Assembly: GCA_965249275.1 (NCBI GenBank)
Contig: CBDFLQ010000005.1
Span: 512,001 to 576,000 of the forward strand
Direction: 5' to 3'
DNA from: Dehalococcoidia bacterium
GTDB taxonomy: Bacteria > Chloroflexota > Dehalococcoidia > Plut-88900
DNA length: 64,000 bases
Positions within the stretch are counted from its first letter, which is position 1, and every line of letters begins with the position of its first letter. Below the pieces are notes generated by a model. It was not told the origin of the DNA. It did no database searches and was given only the letters and a program-made list of their open reading frames with translations. Positions 1-10,000 of the stretch are shown here, piece after piece. The translations under genes and the position numbers were made by a program.

Positions 1-1
1 A

Positions 2-271
2 GTCCTTAATGCGGAAGCTTCTCAGAGGGCCAGGGTAGCGGAAGCGCTAGGTAAAGCGGCGGAGTTCGACGCCATACTCGCAGAGTACCGTCAGGCACCG
101 CTGGTCACCCGATACCGGCTCTACCTGGAGACGGTGGAGACGGTACTAGGCGCTACCAGGGAGTTTGTGCTCACGTCTAGCTCTTCGGGGGAAGACGTGT
201 TGCCGATCCTAAACCTGAATTCATCCGACGAAGAGACAACCAATGCTGCGGCGGCCGAGACTCTGCAATAA
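2..271 (+). CDS. hflK: FtsH protease modulator HflK, 3' end (partial, starts before the window)
   Basis: Frame 2 reads ...AEFDAILAEYRQAPLVTRYRLYLETVETVL...LPILNL, the typical HflK C-terminal motif. TAA at 269-271, directly upstream of hflC. Confidence 0.85.
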   Translation, partial: VLNAEASQRARVAEALGKAAEFDAILAEYRQAPLVTRYRLYLETVETVLGATREFVLTSSSSGEDVLPILNLNSSDEETTNAAAAETLQ

Positions 272-304
272 GAGCCGCAGCAAATAAACAGGAGCTCGAA
301 GCGA

Positions 305-1630
305 ATGCCTAAGGCCCTTAAATACGCAATCGGACTTGTAGTCCTAATAATCATCGCGCTGATAGTGATACCCCAGTTTCTCTTCACCGTGGATGAGACA
401 GACCAGGCCTTAGTGCTGCGGTTTGGTGAATTCAACAGGCAGTTGGTGGAGCCGGGTCTGAAGACCAAGGTGCCATTCATAGAGACGGTCACGAAGTTCG
501 ACAAGAGATTGTTGCGCTTTGACGCTCCGCCGGAGACGCTCATTACTCTGGACAAGAAGAACCTGATCATCGACGCCTACGCGCGGTACAAGATCACCGA
601 CCCGAGGAAGTTCTTCGAAACGGTCCTGGATGTTCCCGGAGCCGACGCCCGCCTCAGGGACATTATCTCCGGTGAATTGAAAAAGGAGATCGCGTCCTAC
701 GACCAGTCCGACATCATCTTGAACCAGAGACGGACAGGAACCATCGACGGCGTTCCGACGATCGTTCAGACGGTGAGGGACGTCAGTAGGGAGAGTGCGC
801 GTGACATCGGCGTCCAGATAATCGACGTGCGGATCAAGAGAGCGGACTTCACTGAAACGATTAACCAGAGCATATTCCAGAGGATGAATGCTGAGCGGCA
901 GCAGGAAGCAGCGCTGTTCCGAGCGGAAGGCGCCGAGTTTGATTTCAGGATCCGTGCTTTGGCGGACAGAACTAGAACGATCACTGTTGCGAACGCGATG
1001 CGGGACTCGGACATAATCAGAGGTTGTGGAGAGGCGATAGCGGTTAAGATCTTCGCGAGCGCCTTCAACAAAGACCCTGAATTCTACAACTTCCAAAGGA
1101 GCCTGGAGGCCTATTCCAATGCCCTGTCCGAGCAGGACACACTAGTATTGGAAGCCAATTCCGACTTCTTCCGGTATCTGAACAACTTCGAGGGACGACT
1201 GAACGGAGAACTCCCGCCACTCTTCCCGGGTTCCGAGGGCGAATCGACCCTTAGCCAGACCGGCTTAGCCGGGGCTGCGAGCGAGGAAGTATCCCTAATT
1301 GAATCCTACACCACTGACCTGGTAACAGATTTGATCTGGGAGTGCGAGCGGGGGAGCGGCTTCATACAGGACTTTGCGGGAACCGTCGAATCGGTAGAGG
1401 TTGTGTCCACGTTTGAGGCCGGTCTAACGACCACGATCATTGAATGGAACGTAAACGGAGCGGTATTCAAGCTAATTGACTTCGAGACCGAAGTGATAGG
1501 CGAAGCCGAGTTGGATGACATTCTTCCCAGCAGCATCACTGCAGACGACGTAGTAGGCAGAGAGGTTGAGGTGGTGACACGTCGGGAGCCCGACGAGTCT
1601 CGGCTTGCCATACGGGTAACGTTCAAATAG
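305..1630 (+). CDS. hflC: FtsH protease modulator HflC with a ~145 aa C-terminal extension
   Basis: N-terminal TM helix, SPFH domain (VLRFGE, PGLKTKVPFIE, DKKNLIIDAY, DVRIKR, RMNAER, DPEFYNFQRSLEAY), next to hflK. Confidence 0.9.
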   Translation: MPKALKYAIGLVVLIIIALIVIPQFLFTVDETDQALVLRFGEFNRQLVEPGLKTKVPFIETVTKFDKRLLRFDAPPETLITLDKKNLIIDAYARYKITDPRKFFETVLDVPGADARLRDIISGELKKEIASYDQSDIILNQRRTGTIDGVPTIVQTVRDVSRESARDIGVQIIDVRIKRADFTETINQSIFQRMNAERQQEAALFRAEGAEFDFRIRALADRTRTITVANAMRDSDIIRGCGEAIAVKIFASAFNKDPEFYNFQRSLEAYSNALSEQDTLVLEANSDFFRYLNNFEGRLNGELPPLFPGSEGESTLSQTGLAGAASEEVSLIESYTTDLVTDLIWECERGSGFIQDFAGTVESVEVVSTFEAGLTTTIIEWNVNGAVFKLIDFETEVIGEAELDDILPSSITADDVVGREVEVVTRREPDESRLAIRVTFK

Positions 1631-1658
1631 CCCGACAGAATATACAAGAGGATGACAA

Positions 1659-1691
1659 TGAGGCCGGTCCGCCATAGGCGGACCGGCCTCA
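1659..1691. terminator. Probable bidirectional terminator between convergent hflC and DUF951 genes
   Basis: Perfect 15-bp stem TGAGGCCGGTCCGCC-ATA-GGCGGACCGGCCTCA, followed by AGCTTTT. Confidence 0.75.
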
Positions 1692-1696
1692 AGCTT

Positions 1697-1918
1697 TTAG
1701 TCAGGGCTGGGGGAGAGAGGCTTGGAGGCGCGGGTACTGGATATGACGCTCTTGACCCGTTTTTCGAAGGCAGAACGGGGAAGGAGGATGCGGTGTTGAC
1801 AGGTTAGGCAACGGACTCCGATGTCGGCGCCGAGGCGGTAGATCTCCCAGTCGCTGCCTCCGCAGGGGTGAGGCTTGCGCATCCGAACTACGTCTCCGAG
1901 GGAGAACTCTTGAGGCAT
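1697..1918 (-). CDS. DUF951 family small protein
   Basis: [46 protein letters not shown] matches the DUF951 pattern. Confidence 0.85.
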   Translation of the reverse strand: MPQEFSLGDVVRMRKPHPCGGSDWEIYRLGADIGVRCLTCQHRILLPRSAFEKRVKSVISSTRASKPLSPSPD

Positions 1919-1922
1919 TGCG

Positions 1923-2756
1923 TTAGGCCTTTGCGGCAGCCTCGACTCGGCATTCGTTGATGCGGTCTCGAAGGTCGAGGGCGGCGTCCCGGGCGCGTTG
2001 GGCGAAGTCGGCGCCTTTGGAAGCGTAGAGGACCTGTCGGGAGGAGGCGATGATGAGGCCGGCGCCGTTTGAGTCCAGGCCGTTGGTTACGGAGGCACGC
2101 AAGTCTCCGCCCTGGGCCCCGATGCCCGGGAGAAGGATAGGGAGGTCTGGGCACTGCTGACGGACCCGCCGAAGCTCATCCGGGTAGGTGGCGCCGACAA
2201 CCAGGCCGACGTTGCCGGAGACATTCCATTCGTTGCACCGCGCGGCGACTTCCATGTAGAGAGGTCGTTGCTCACCATTGTCTCGGGAGACGGTCAATAA
2301 CTGGAAATCGGCAGCGCCCGGGTTGGAGTTGCGGCAGAGGACTAGGACTCCTCTATCGGCGTAGGCTAAGAAGGGGGCGAGGGAGTCGCTGCCGAGGTAG
2401 GGGTTAGCCGTGACTGCATCGAAGCCATAGTATTCGAATAGGGACGCTGCGTACGCCTTAGCCGTGTTGCCGATATCTCCGCGTTTGGCGTCCCCGATGA
2501 CGGGAATGTCATCGGGGATGTGCTGCAGGGTGCGGCGCAGGGTCTCGAGGCCGGGGGGGCCGAAGGCTTCGTAGAAGGCCATGTTCGGCTTGTAGCAGCA
2601 GACCAGATCGTGGGTGGCGTCGATAATGGAGCGGTTGAACTCAAAAATATCGTCAATGGGCATGAGGCGGAGGTCGGGGTCCAAGCCTACGCATAGGAGG
2701 CTCTGGTTGGCCTCGGAGGTGCGGCGGAGCTTGTCGACGAAATTGTTGGTGCTCAT
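1923..2756 (-). CDS. pyrF: Orotidine-5'-phosphate decarboxylase (type 2)
   Basis: [33 protein letters not shown] and [10 protein letters not shown] motifs. Confidence 0.95.
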   Translation of the reverse strand: MSTNNFVDKLRRTSEANQSLLCVGLDPDLRLMPIDDIFEFNRSIIDATHDLVCCYKPNMAFYEAFGPPGLETLRRTLQHIPDDIPVIGDAKRGDIGNTAKAYAASLFEYYGFDAVTANPYLGSDSLAPFLAYADRGVLVLCRNSNPGAADFQLLTVSRDNGEQRPLYMEVAARCNEWNVSGNVGLVVGATYPDELRRVRQQCPDLPILLPGIGAQGGDLRASVTNGLDSNGAGLIIASSRQVLYASKGADFAQRARDAALDLRDRINECRVEAAAKA

Positions 2757-2887
2757 GGGATAATCGTATCATCTATGCGAGGGTGGGGGGAGGGGGATCA
2801 CGAGAGTCGACCTTATGGGGGTAGGGCGAGCGGATTCCTACCTGCTTATAGAAGAGCCTTTTCTGAAAGAGCGAGCATTTTGCAGAT

Positions 2888-3580
2888 ATGAGGATGGCAT
2901 CAGGGCTAAGGGAGGGGCGGTTTGGGGAGAGGTTGAACAGGTTTTTGGCTCGGGTGGAGGTGGATGGGAAGGAGACGATGGTGCACGTGCCGAACTCGGG
3001 GCGGATGAGGGAGCTGTTCGTGCCGGGTGCGACGGTGTACGTGTCTCCCGGCGTTACGCCCGGGCGTAAGACGGCCTTCGATCTGTGCCTGGTCTCGATA
3101 GACGGTGTTCTGGTGTCGTGCGACTCGCGGCTGCCGCCAGCGGTAGTGGCTGAAGCGCAGAGATTGGGAAGGATTGAGGAGTTCGACGGGTATCCTGTGA
3201 TCGAGAGGGAGAGGACCTTTGGGGACAGCCGGCTCGACCTTTGTTTCTCGGGGCCGAGGGGTCGGGTGTACGTGGAAACGAAGTCGGCGACGCTGGTCAG
3301 TGGCGGGAGAGCGCTTTTCCCGGACGCTCCGACTACGCGAGGGACGAAGCACGTTCGGACGCTGATGAAGGCGGTGGACGAAGGACACGGGGCGGCGGTG
3401 GTATTCGTGGTGCAGAGGGACGATGCGACCTGCCTTTCGCCGAACAGGGATGCGGACCCGGAGTTTACCTCGGTGCTGGAGGAGGCGCAGAGTAAGGGAG
3501 TTGGGGTGTACGCGTATGTGTGCCGGGTGACGTTGGAAGAGATAAGCCTCGGGGCGAGGGTTCCGGTGGAGTTTCGATGA
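2888..3580 (+). CDS. sfsA: Sugar fermentation stimulation protein A (DNA/RNA nuclease SfsA)
   Basis: RLNRF, HVPNSGRMREL, SRLD, YVETKSATL and FPDAPTTRGTKH motifs. Confidence 0.93.
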   Translation: MRMASGLREGRFGERLNRFLARVEVDGKETMVHVPNSGRMRELFVPGATVYVSPGVTPGRKTAFDLCLVSIDGVLVSCDSRLPPAVVAEAQRLGRIEEFDGYPVIERERTFGDSRLDLCFSGPRGRVYVETKSATLVSGGRALFPDAPTTRGTKHVRTLMKAVDEGHGAAVVFVVQRDDATCLSPNRDADPEFTSVLEEAQSKGVGVYAYVCRVTLEEISLGARVPVEFR

Positions 3581-4260
3581 GCGAGGCAACGCCCGGCGAT
3601 ACGGGGACGATAGTGAGGCAGGTTTATGACCTGTTGTACGAAAGATACGGACCGCAGGGCTGGTGGCCAGCCAAGACAAAACTTGAGGTTGTACTGGGTG
3701 CGATATTGGTGCAGTCGACTGCCTGGGGTAATGCGGCGAAGGCGTTGGATGCGATAAGAGAGGCAGGAGCCCTTGACGTGGCGGTTCTGGCTCGGTTGCC
3801 GGAGGGGGAGATTGGGGAGTTGGTGAGGTCGTCGGGGTTCTATACGGTGAAGGCACGCCGGGTGAAGGCTTTCGTGGAGCACGTTATGGAGGGGCACGGG
3901 GGCGACCTGGATGCGATGCTGAATCAAGACGCGGCGGAGTCGAGGAGAGAGCTGCTGGGGATTCATGGGATAGGAGAAGAAACGGCAGACTGCATCGTGT
4001 TGTACGCGGCTGGGAAGCCGACATTTGTCATAGATGAGTACACGAGGCGGATCGTGGGGCGGCTGGGTGTGGGGCCAGGAGGGCGGAGGACATACTCGGA
4101 TTACCAACGGCTGTTCGAGGATGCAATGGTGTCGGATGCGGGGGTGTTTGGGGAGTACCATGCTTTGCTGGTGATGTTGGGGAAGGACGTCTGTCGGAAG
4201 AGCCCACTGTGCCTCGGGTGTGCCTTGAATGAGGTGTGTGAATATGGGAGGAGGAAGTGA
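3577..4260 (+). CDS. Endonuclease III-related HhH-GPD protein with 4Fe-4S motif
   Basis: YGPQGWWP, GAILVQSTAW, GIGEETADCI, FVIDEYTRR and C-X6-C-X2-C-X5-C. The ATG overlaps the sfsA stop (ATGA). Confidence 0.88.
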   Translation: MSEATPGDTGTIVRQVYDLLYERYGPQGWWPAKTKLEVVLGAILVQSTAWGNAAKALDAIREAGALDVAVLARLPEGEIGELVRSSGFYTVKARRVKAFVEHVMEGHGGDLDAMLNQDAAESRRELLGIHGIGEETADCIVLYAAGKPTFVIDEYTRRIVGRLGVGPGGRRTYSDYQRLFEDAMVSDAGVFGEYHALLVMLGKDVCRKSPLCLGCALNEVCEYGRRK

Positions 4261-4441
4261 TAAAAATAAGGTCACTTCCTACGAGGACTAAAGTCGGCTA
4301 TCATTCCCCAATCTAAGCTATGATTCACATGCTTAACCCGATCCCGCTTTCGTCCCTAAAACGATTGGCGTATCGCGGCGCTGATTGCTTAGCCCTACAG
4401 AGACCGCAGACCCACAAATTTCCCTGGAACGAGGTGATCCT

Positions 4442-4978
4442 ATGATAGGCAGAATGTTGGGCGCTGCCCTGTTGAGGGTAGACACTTACGAGGAGGTGGA
4501 GAGGGAAAGTAGCGCTACTCTACAAGCGCTGCTAGTGGTTGTCCTCGTCACCATCGCAAGCTTGGGTGGCGCGCTGTTAGGTGGCGACAAAGTCGATGTG
4601 GTCAGTGCAGTGATCGTCGGGCTAGTCCGGGGAGTGGCCAGCTGGGCCCTGTGGGCGCTGGCTACCTGGATAATCGGCGCCACTATATGTAAGACGGAGC
4701 ATACCGAAGCCGACTGGGGGCAACTGGCTCGCTGCACGGGGTTCGCTCAGACGCCGCGGATTCTAAACGTGCTTGCCTTCGTACCCGTCGTCGGAGGGCT
4801 GATAGTCCTGGTGGCATCCATCTGGAGTTTAGCGGCAATGGTGGTTGGAGTACGGCAGGCTTTGGACTATACGTCGACTTGCCGGGCTGTGATCGTGATA
4901 CTGCTCGCTCTGATTCCGGTAGCCATCTTGAACGTCATCGTAATATTGCTCACGGGCGGATTTGAGGACCTGGCGTAG
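4442..4978 (+). CDS. YIP1-family membrane protein
   Basis: About five hydrophobic helices, RMLGAALL..TYEEVE, GFAQTP and VRQALD motifs; GAGGT RBS before ATG 4442. Confidence 0.7.
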   Translation: MIGRMLGAALLRVDTYEEVERESSATLQALLVVVLVTIASLGGALLGGDKVDVVSAVIVGLVRGVASWALWALATWIIGATICKTEHTEADWGQLARCTGFAQTPRILNVLAFVPVVGGLIVLVASIWSLAAMVVGVRQALDYTSTCRAVIVILLALIPVAILNVIVILLTGGFEDLA

Positions 4979-5040
4979 AGACGTCTTAGGTCTGGACTGA
5001 CAACGTAGGAGCGCAACTCTCCGCTGGGCGAAAATTCTAG

Positions 5041-6552
5041 CTAGTCGAGGGAAGCGACGATGCGTTCGGCGAGCATGAGGGTGGGGAGGTTGGTGTTGGC
5101 CCTTGGCACGACAGGCATGATCGAGGCATCGGCGACGTAGAGGTTATCCAGGCCGTGGACCTTTCCTGTCGGGTCGACGACTGCGGCAGGGTCGGAGTCG
5201 GGGCCCATTTTGCAGGCGCCCACGGGATGGTAGTAGTGGAGGCTGTTGCGCCGCACTGCCTCGGTTGAAACCACATTGGCCGTATCGTCAAGCTCCTTCC
5301 CGATGAGCTCGACAAGCGATGGTCGGGCGGCGATCTCCCTGCTCATGTTCACCCCGTCCATGAGTACAGCTATGTCGTTGTCTTCTGGGTCTGTGAGGTA
5401 CCCCGTGTCGATAACCGGACTGCTTTGGGGGTCGGCGTCACGAAGAGTCAGATGGCCTCGGGACTTCGGGGCCATGTTGGCGACGAGGATCTTGCACTGC
5501 CAGTGTCCTGAAGGGTCGGGCCTCGGGGATGCGACAGGTGCGAGGTGCAGGTCGAAAGCCTGACAGCAGCGGCTGCTACGGGTCTTGGCCAGGCTCTGCT
5601 CCGCGAAGACGATCCTGCCGGAGGCGGTAAATTCCTCCATGAGAGAGTTGAAGAGCGGGGTGCCGTGGTAGCTCAGGTTGAAGCCAGGGTGGTCGTGGAG
5701 GTTGGCCCCTACACCGGGCAGATCGATCAGGGTGGAGATATCCAGCTTGGCGAGGTCTTTGGAGGGGCCGATGCCTGAGCGCAACAGGACTGCGGGAGAG
5801 CCGTAGGCTCCGGCGCAGAGGACTACTCGCCCCGCCTCGATTGTCACCTTTTCCCCTGCATGGACTACATCGACCGAAGCTACTCGGGAGTGAGCCACGT
5901 TGATCTTGTCCACCAGGACATCGCCCACTATAGTGAGCCCTTTTTTGTCCCGGACGGGGTCGAGATATGCTAAGGAGGCGTTCCAACGTATCCCGTTCCA
6001 GATGTTGACCGGCGACATAGCAGCGCCAACGTTCTCGTCCATGTCATTCAAGTCAGTGGTATGGGGAATCCCACTGTCGACAATCGCGTCGAGACAGGCT
6101 GCGTGGAACGGGGTTATCTCTTCCGGCGCGAATTCCCGCACACGCAAGCGTGCTGTCGCCCGTCGGAAGTGGGGAAGTAAGTCTTCCGTCGACCAACCGG
6201 CGTTGCCGACAGCGGCCCAGCCGTCGTAGTCGGCGCGGCTGCCCCAAAGCGCGATGCATCCATTGTGAGCCGAGCAACCGCCTATCACTCTGGCGCGCTG
6301 GAGTGAGTGGCCGGGTTGCCCGGAAGAAGCGGAGCTGATGTACGACCAGTCGTGGGTGTCGGCTACGATGCGGCCATCAAGGAGCTCAGTCGGCCAGCGT
6401 TGTTCTGCAAAGGGACCGTAGTCGGGGCCGGCCTCGAGGAGCAATACTGACTGATCGCCGCGTTCAGCAAGGAGGCCCGCTACGGCAGCACCGGCAGTGC
6501 CGCCACCGATGACTACAGTGTCCGAGTGGCAGGGAAGCTGAGAGGGTGTCAT
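5041..6552 (-). CDS. GMC-family FAD oxidoreductase (choline dehydrogenase-like)
   Basis: GGGTAG, LLLEAGPD, RVIGGCSAHN, LLRSGIG, GANLHDHP, HPVGACKMG, ADASIMP and NTNLPT. Confidence 0.92.
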   Translation of the reverse strand: MTPSQLPCHSDTVVIGGGTAGAAVAGLLAERGDQSVLLLEAGPDYGPFAEQRWPTELLDGRIVADTHDWSYISSASSGQPGHSLQRARVIGGCSAHNGCIALWGSRADYDGWAAVGNAGWSTEDLLPHFRRATARLRVREFAPEEITPFHAACLDAIVDSGIPHTTDLNDMDENVGAAMSPVNIWNGIRWNASLAYLDPVRDKKGLTIVGDVLVDKINVAHSRVASVDVVHAGEKVTIEAGRVVLCAGAYGSPAVLLRSGIGPSKDLAKLDISTLIDLPGVGANLHDHPGFNLSYHGTPLFNSLMEEFTASGRIVFAEQSLAKTRSSRCCQAFDLHLAPVASPRPDPSGHWQCKILVANMAPKSRGHLTLRDADPQSSPVIDTGYLTDPEDNDIAVLMDGVNMSREIAARPSLVELIGKELDDTANVVSTEAVRRNSLHYYHPVGACKMGPDSDPAAVVDPTGKVHGLDNLYVADASIMPVVPRANTNLPTLMLAERIVASLD

Positions 6553-6601
6553 GGGGTCAGTTAGTCGGGTCTAGAGTTGGCGGACTGTAGATACCGGCAT
6601 A

Positions 6602-6919
6602 TTACACGAGAGGCAAGGCACTCCTGCTGTGTACGCCGCCGATGGCGATTATCCCGGTGGCGTTGTAGCCACCGATAGCGACTACACCAACGCTGTTGAC
6701 GCCGCCGATGGCTACTACTCCCAGGGCGTTAACACCGCCGATGGCAACGAATCCCATACAGTTAATGGGGCCGATTGCGACCAGGCCCATTGCATTCAAT
6801 GCGCTTATCGCGACCAATCCAATGGAGTTCCAGAAACCCGCCGCGACCACCCCAATGGCGCTCTGGCCTGCGGCGACGATATCTACGGTGAACCACCATA
6901 CTTGTCTTGGTTCCGACAT
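6602..6919 (-). CDS. Small Gly/Ala-rich protein with 11-aa tandem repeats, function unknown
   Basis: AAAGGAG RBS before ATG 6919; about 7 repeats of G[VLI][VI]AIGGxN[AS]x. Confidence 0.65.
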   Translation of the reverse strand: MSEPRQVWWFTVDIVAAGQSAIGVVAAGFWNSIGLVAISALNAMGLVAIGPINCMGFVAIGGVNALGVVAIGGVNSVGVVAIGGYNATGIIAIGGVHSRSALPLV

Positions 6920-7002
6920 TTGCACCGCTCCTTTCAAGGGGACTATACCATCGATTGCCAACCCGAGGCCCTGGTCCGATACAGGCATCGAAGGAGAGGC
7001 GG

Positions 7003-8115
7003 TCAGACGGTGACAGTATCTCCCATGGAGGAAATATCGTAGCCGCCGAGGGCTTCAACCTGGCGTCGGGAGTAGGGCTGTTTGAGGGTCTCGATAAAGG
7101 CCTGGACCATGGGGAGGTTGAGGAAATGGTTGGGGATTACGAAGTCGTAGCGCTCCTGGCCGAGCGAGACGAAATCGAGGCCACGGGCTTCTGCGGCGGA
7201 GCGGACGCCAATGCCCGCGTCGGCGAGACCGACGGCGACGGTGTCGGCGACTGCCAAGTGTCCCTCGGCGGTGCGTTGGTAGCCATTTATGGAGTCGGGG
7301 GTGAGACCGGCTTGGGATATGAGGCGGTCCATTAGGGCTCGGCTGCCGGATCCCTCCTCACGGTTGATGAAGGAGAGGTCGGGGCGGGAGAGGTCGTCGA
7401 TGGAGGCGACGTTCCTGGGGTTGCCGGCAGCTACGATAAGGCCCTGCTCCCGAACGGCGAAGGTGATGACGGAACAGGGAAAGGGGGCGAGGCGTCGGAC
7501 CCAGGACACGTTGTACTGTCCGGTAGTCTCGTCAAATAGGTGGCAACCGGCGACGTGGGCAGTGCCGGCAGCCAAGTAGGAGAGGGCGGTGTTGCTGTCC
7601 TCGCCGAGGCGGACCATGCGGAAGTCTCGGAGGGCCAAGTCTCGGGAGAGGAAGGGTATGGCGGGGTCGCCGCCCGCCAGGACCAACGTATTGGCCTGGT
7701 CCAAGGGTGCCAGGAGCCGGACCGATACGCCGTCAGGGGATTCGGGAGTCATTGCAATGCCGTCGGCGGGGGTCATGGTGTAGCTGGTGGAGCTACGACC
7801 GGAAAGGGGACGGGCCAAAAGCCTGCCGCCCACAGAGAAGAGCTGTACTCGGGAGGGTATGGGGGATGGGTGGGGGGTGGGGACCAGTTCGGCCCTAACA
7901 GTGCCGCCCTCTTCGAAGGGTAGGAAGAACAGGGACTCGACGGTGCAGCCAAGGGCGCGGGCGAGTCGTAGGGAGACCTCGGTGGAGGGGACGGACTTAC
8001 CGGTTTCTATCGCGACGTAGGCCTGCCGGGAGATGGTGGCCTGTCGGGCGAGGGCGGTTTGGGAGAGGCCGGCGGTGAGTCGGGCGGGTTTGAGGTTTGA
8101 TTTGAGGGTCGGCAT
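7003..8115 (-). CDS. XRE/Cro HTH regulator fused to a molybdate/tungstate-sensing PBP-like domain
   Basis: N-terminal LSQTALARQATISRQAYVAIETGKSVPS HTH; C-terminal AHVAGCHL, REQGLIV, FINREEGSGSR and ERYDFVIP. Divergent from tupABC. Start reassigned to ATG 8115. Confidence 0.88.
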   Translation of the reverse strand: MPTLKSNLKPARLTAGLSQTALARQATISRQAYVAIETGKSVPSTEVSLRLARALGCTVESLFFLPFEEGGTVRAELVPTPHPSPIPSRVQLFSVGGRLLARPLSGRSSTSYTMTPADGIAMTPESPDGVSVRLLAPLDQANTLVLAGGDPAIPFLSRDLALRDFRMVRLGEDSNTALSYLAAGTAHVAGCHLFDETTGQYNVSWVRRLAPFPCSVITFAVREQGLIVAAGNPRNVASIDDLSRPDLSFINREEGSGSRALMDRLISQAGLTPDSINGYQRTAEGHLAVADTVAVGLADAGIGVRSAAEARGLDFVSLGQERYDFVIPNHFLNLPMVQAFIETLKQPYSRRQVEALGGYDISSMGDTVTV

Positions 8116-8119
8116 GATG

Positions 8120-8177
8120 TTGATAAATTGTAATGTGTGATTGATAAATTGACAAACAAGATTGTCATAAATAGAAT
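8120..8177. promoter_or_regulatory. Overlapping divergent sigma70 promoters with a probable operator
   Basis: + strand TTGACA(8149-54)-17-TAGAAT(8172-77); - strand TTGTCA(8155-50)-17-TACAAT(8132-27); inverted repeat TGACAA-N6-TTGTCA (8150-8167); direct repeat TTGATAAATTG at 8120 and 8141. Confidence 0.7.
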
Positions 8178-8280
8178 GCGGTGGATTTTGGGGGAATGCG
8201 GAAGGCAAATGTGTGCTGAAGGAGGGCGACCAGCCGGTCGCCTCTACAGGGAATATGTTTCTGGAAATATTGCTTTTGGG

Positions 8281-9156
8281 ATGAGAGCAACTAAGAAGGG
8301 TAAATTCGAGGAACGGGGACGGTGGGTCGCCGCGTTCACCTTGGCGCTGGTGGCTGTGGCGCTCCTGGTGGGGATGGCTTGCTTCCAGGACACGAGCCGG
8401 TCGCTGGTGCTGACTACAACCACGAGCACATATGATTCGGGGCTGCTCGACTACATCATCCCGCCGTTCGAGGAGGAGTACAACGCGAACGTGCGGGTTA
8501 TATCGGTGGGAACGGGGCAGGCGCTGGCAATCGGGGCACGGGGGGATGCCGACGTAGTGCTGGTGCACGCCCCATCGCTAGAGGAGAAGTTCGTGGCGGA
8601 TGGGAACGGAGTGAATCTGACCTACGTGATGTACAACGACTTCGTGATACTGGGGCCTCAGGAAGACCCGGCAGGAATATCGGGGCTGGAGGATGGGCCG
8701 GAAGCCTTCCGGAGAATAGCAGCTACTGAGTCAATATTCGCGTCTCGGGGGGACGAGTCGGGGACGCACGTAAAGGAGAAGGAGCTTTGGGTGGAGTCGG
8801 GGGTGGGGGCGCCGGAGTCGGAGGACTGGTACCTGTCCCTGGGGCAGGGGATGGGGGGCACACTGACCACGGCCAACGAGCTGGGGGCATATACGCTCAC
8901 CGACAGAGGCACGTTCCTTTCGAGGAAGAACTTGAATCTGGAGATCCTGGCGGAGGGTGACGAGACGTTGTTCAACCCCTATCACATCATCATAGTGAAT
9001 CCCGAGAAGTACATACAGGTACAGAACGAGTTGGCCGAGGCGTTCGTTGAGTTCCTGATTTCCAGGGAGACACAGGAACGGATCAGGGAGTTCAGGCGGG
9101 AGGAGTACGGGCTTTCTCTGTTCAACCCGGTGCACCTGGAGGGGGTGGGGCCATAG
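8281..9156 (+). CDS. tupA: Tungstate ABC transporter substrate-binding lipoprotein
   Basis: Lipobox-like GMAC; TupA signature TTTSTYDSGLL; GTGQAL, SRGDESGTH, GQGMG and YTLTDRGT. Confidence 0.9.
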   Translation: MRATKKGKFEERGRWVAAFTLALVAVALLVGMACFQDTSRSLVLTTTTSTYDSGLLDYIIPPFEEEYNANVRVISVGTGQALAIGARGDADVVLVHAPSLEEKFVADGNGVNLTYVMYNDFVILGPQEDPAGISGLEDGPEAFRRIAATESIFASRGDESGTHVKEKELWVESGVGAPESEDWYLSLGQGMGGTLTTANELGAYTLTDRGTFLSRKNLNLEILAEGDETLFNPYHIIIVNPEKYIQVQNELAEAFVEFLISRETQERIREFRREEYGLSLFNPVHLEGVGP

Positions 9157-9301
9157 GAGCGCCAAGTGGAAACGGGGTGCGTGGGGGTTTTGGGGGGAGT
9201 CGCATTACACTCACTTTCACCCTCACCCTAGCCCTCTCCCATCGAGGGAGAGTGGATAGGACCCATCCCCGGGATTTCGTCTGTGTGGGTGGTGTGGGCT
9301 G

Positions 9302-10000
9302 ATGGATGAGATAGCATCGGGGATATGGCAGGCGATAAAGCTCATCGGGAGCCTGGACCCGGAGGTCCGCCAGATAGCGCTGTTCTCTCTCCAGGTCTCG
9401 GGGCTGGCGTTGCTGGCAGCGGCGACGGCGGCAGTCCCGTACGGCATATGGCTGGCGTTCAGCCGGTTCCCGGGGCGTCGGGTCCTTATAGGCCTGACCT
9501 ATTCGGGGATGGCCTTTCCGACAGTGGTGGTGGGGCTGATAGTGTTCCTGATGCTGTCGCAGCAGGGGCCATTCGGGCTGCTAGGTTGGCTCTTCACTCC
9601 CTGGGCCATAGTGGTGGCCCAGTTCATCATCGCCTTCCCGGTGATCGCGAGCCTGACCATGTCGGCGATACTGTCGATCAACCCCGGGATGCGGTTGCAG
9701 CTCAGGAGTCTGGGGGCGACTCGCGCACAGGCGACACTCGCACTGCTGGGAGAGGCTAGAGTCTCGATGATAATAGCGTTGGCGGCGGCGTTCGGGCGGG
9801 TGGTGACGGAAGTCGGGGCCGTGATCATCGTGGGTGGAAACATTGCCGGGAACACGAGGGTGTTGACGACGGCTATAGTGCTTGAGACGAGGAAGGGGGA
9901 GTTCGCCGCGGCGATAGCGCTGGGCATCATACTGCTATTGATCTCGTTCACGATCAATTTGGTCGCGACCCGGCTGCAGGGAAGGGCGTTGGCCCGATGA
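9302..10000 (+). CDS. tupB: Tungstate ABC transporter permease
   Basis: PTVVVGL, FGRVVTEVGA and GGNIAGNTRVLTTAIVLET. Confidence 0.9.
   Translation: MDEIASGIWQAIKLIGSLDPEVRQIALFSLQVSGLALLAAATAAVPYGIWLAFSRFPGRRVLIGLTYSGMAFPTVVVGLIVFLMLSQQGPFGLLGWLFTPWAIVVAQFIIAFPVIASLTMSAILSINPGMRLQLRSLGATRAQATLALLGEARVSMIIALAAAFGRVVTEVGAVIIVGGNIAGNTRVLTTAIVLETRKGEFAAAIALGIILLLISFTINLVATRLQGRALAR

Noticed and set aside
2773-4275. 500-aa minus-strand ORF
   Set aside because: Antisense shadow of sfsA and the endonuclease III-like gene, with no recognisable motifs.
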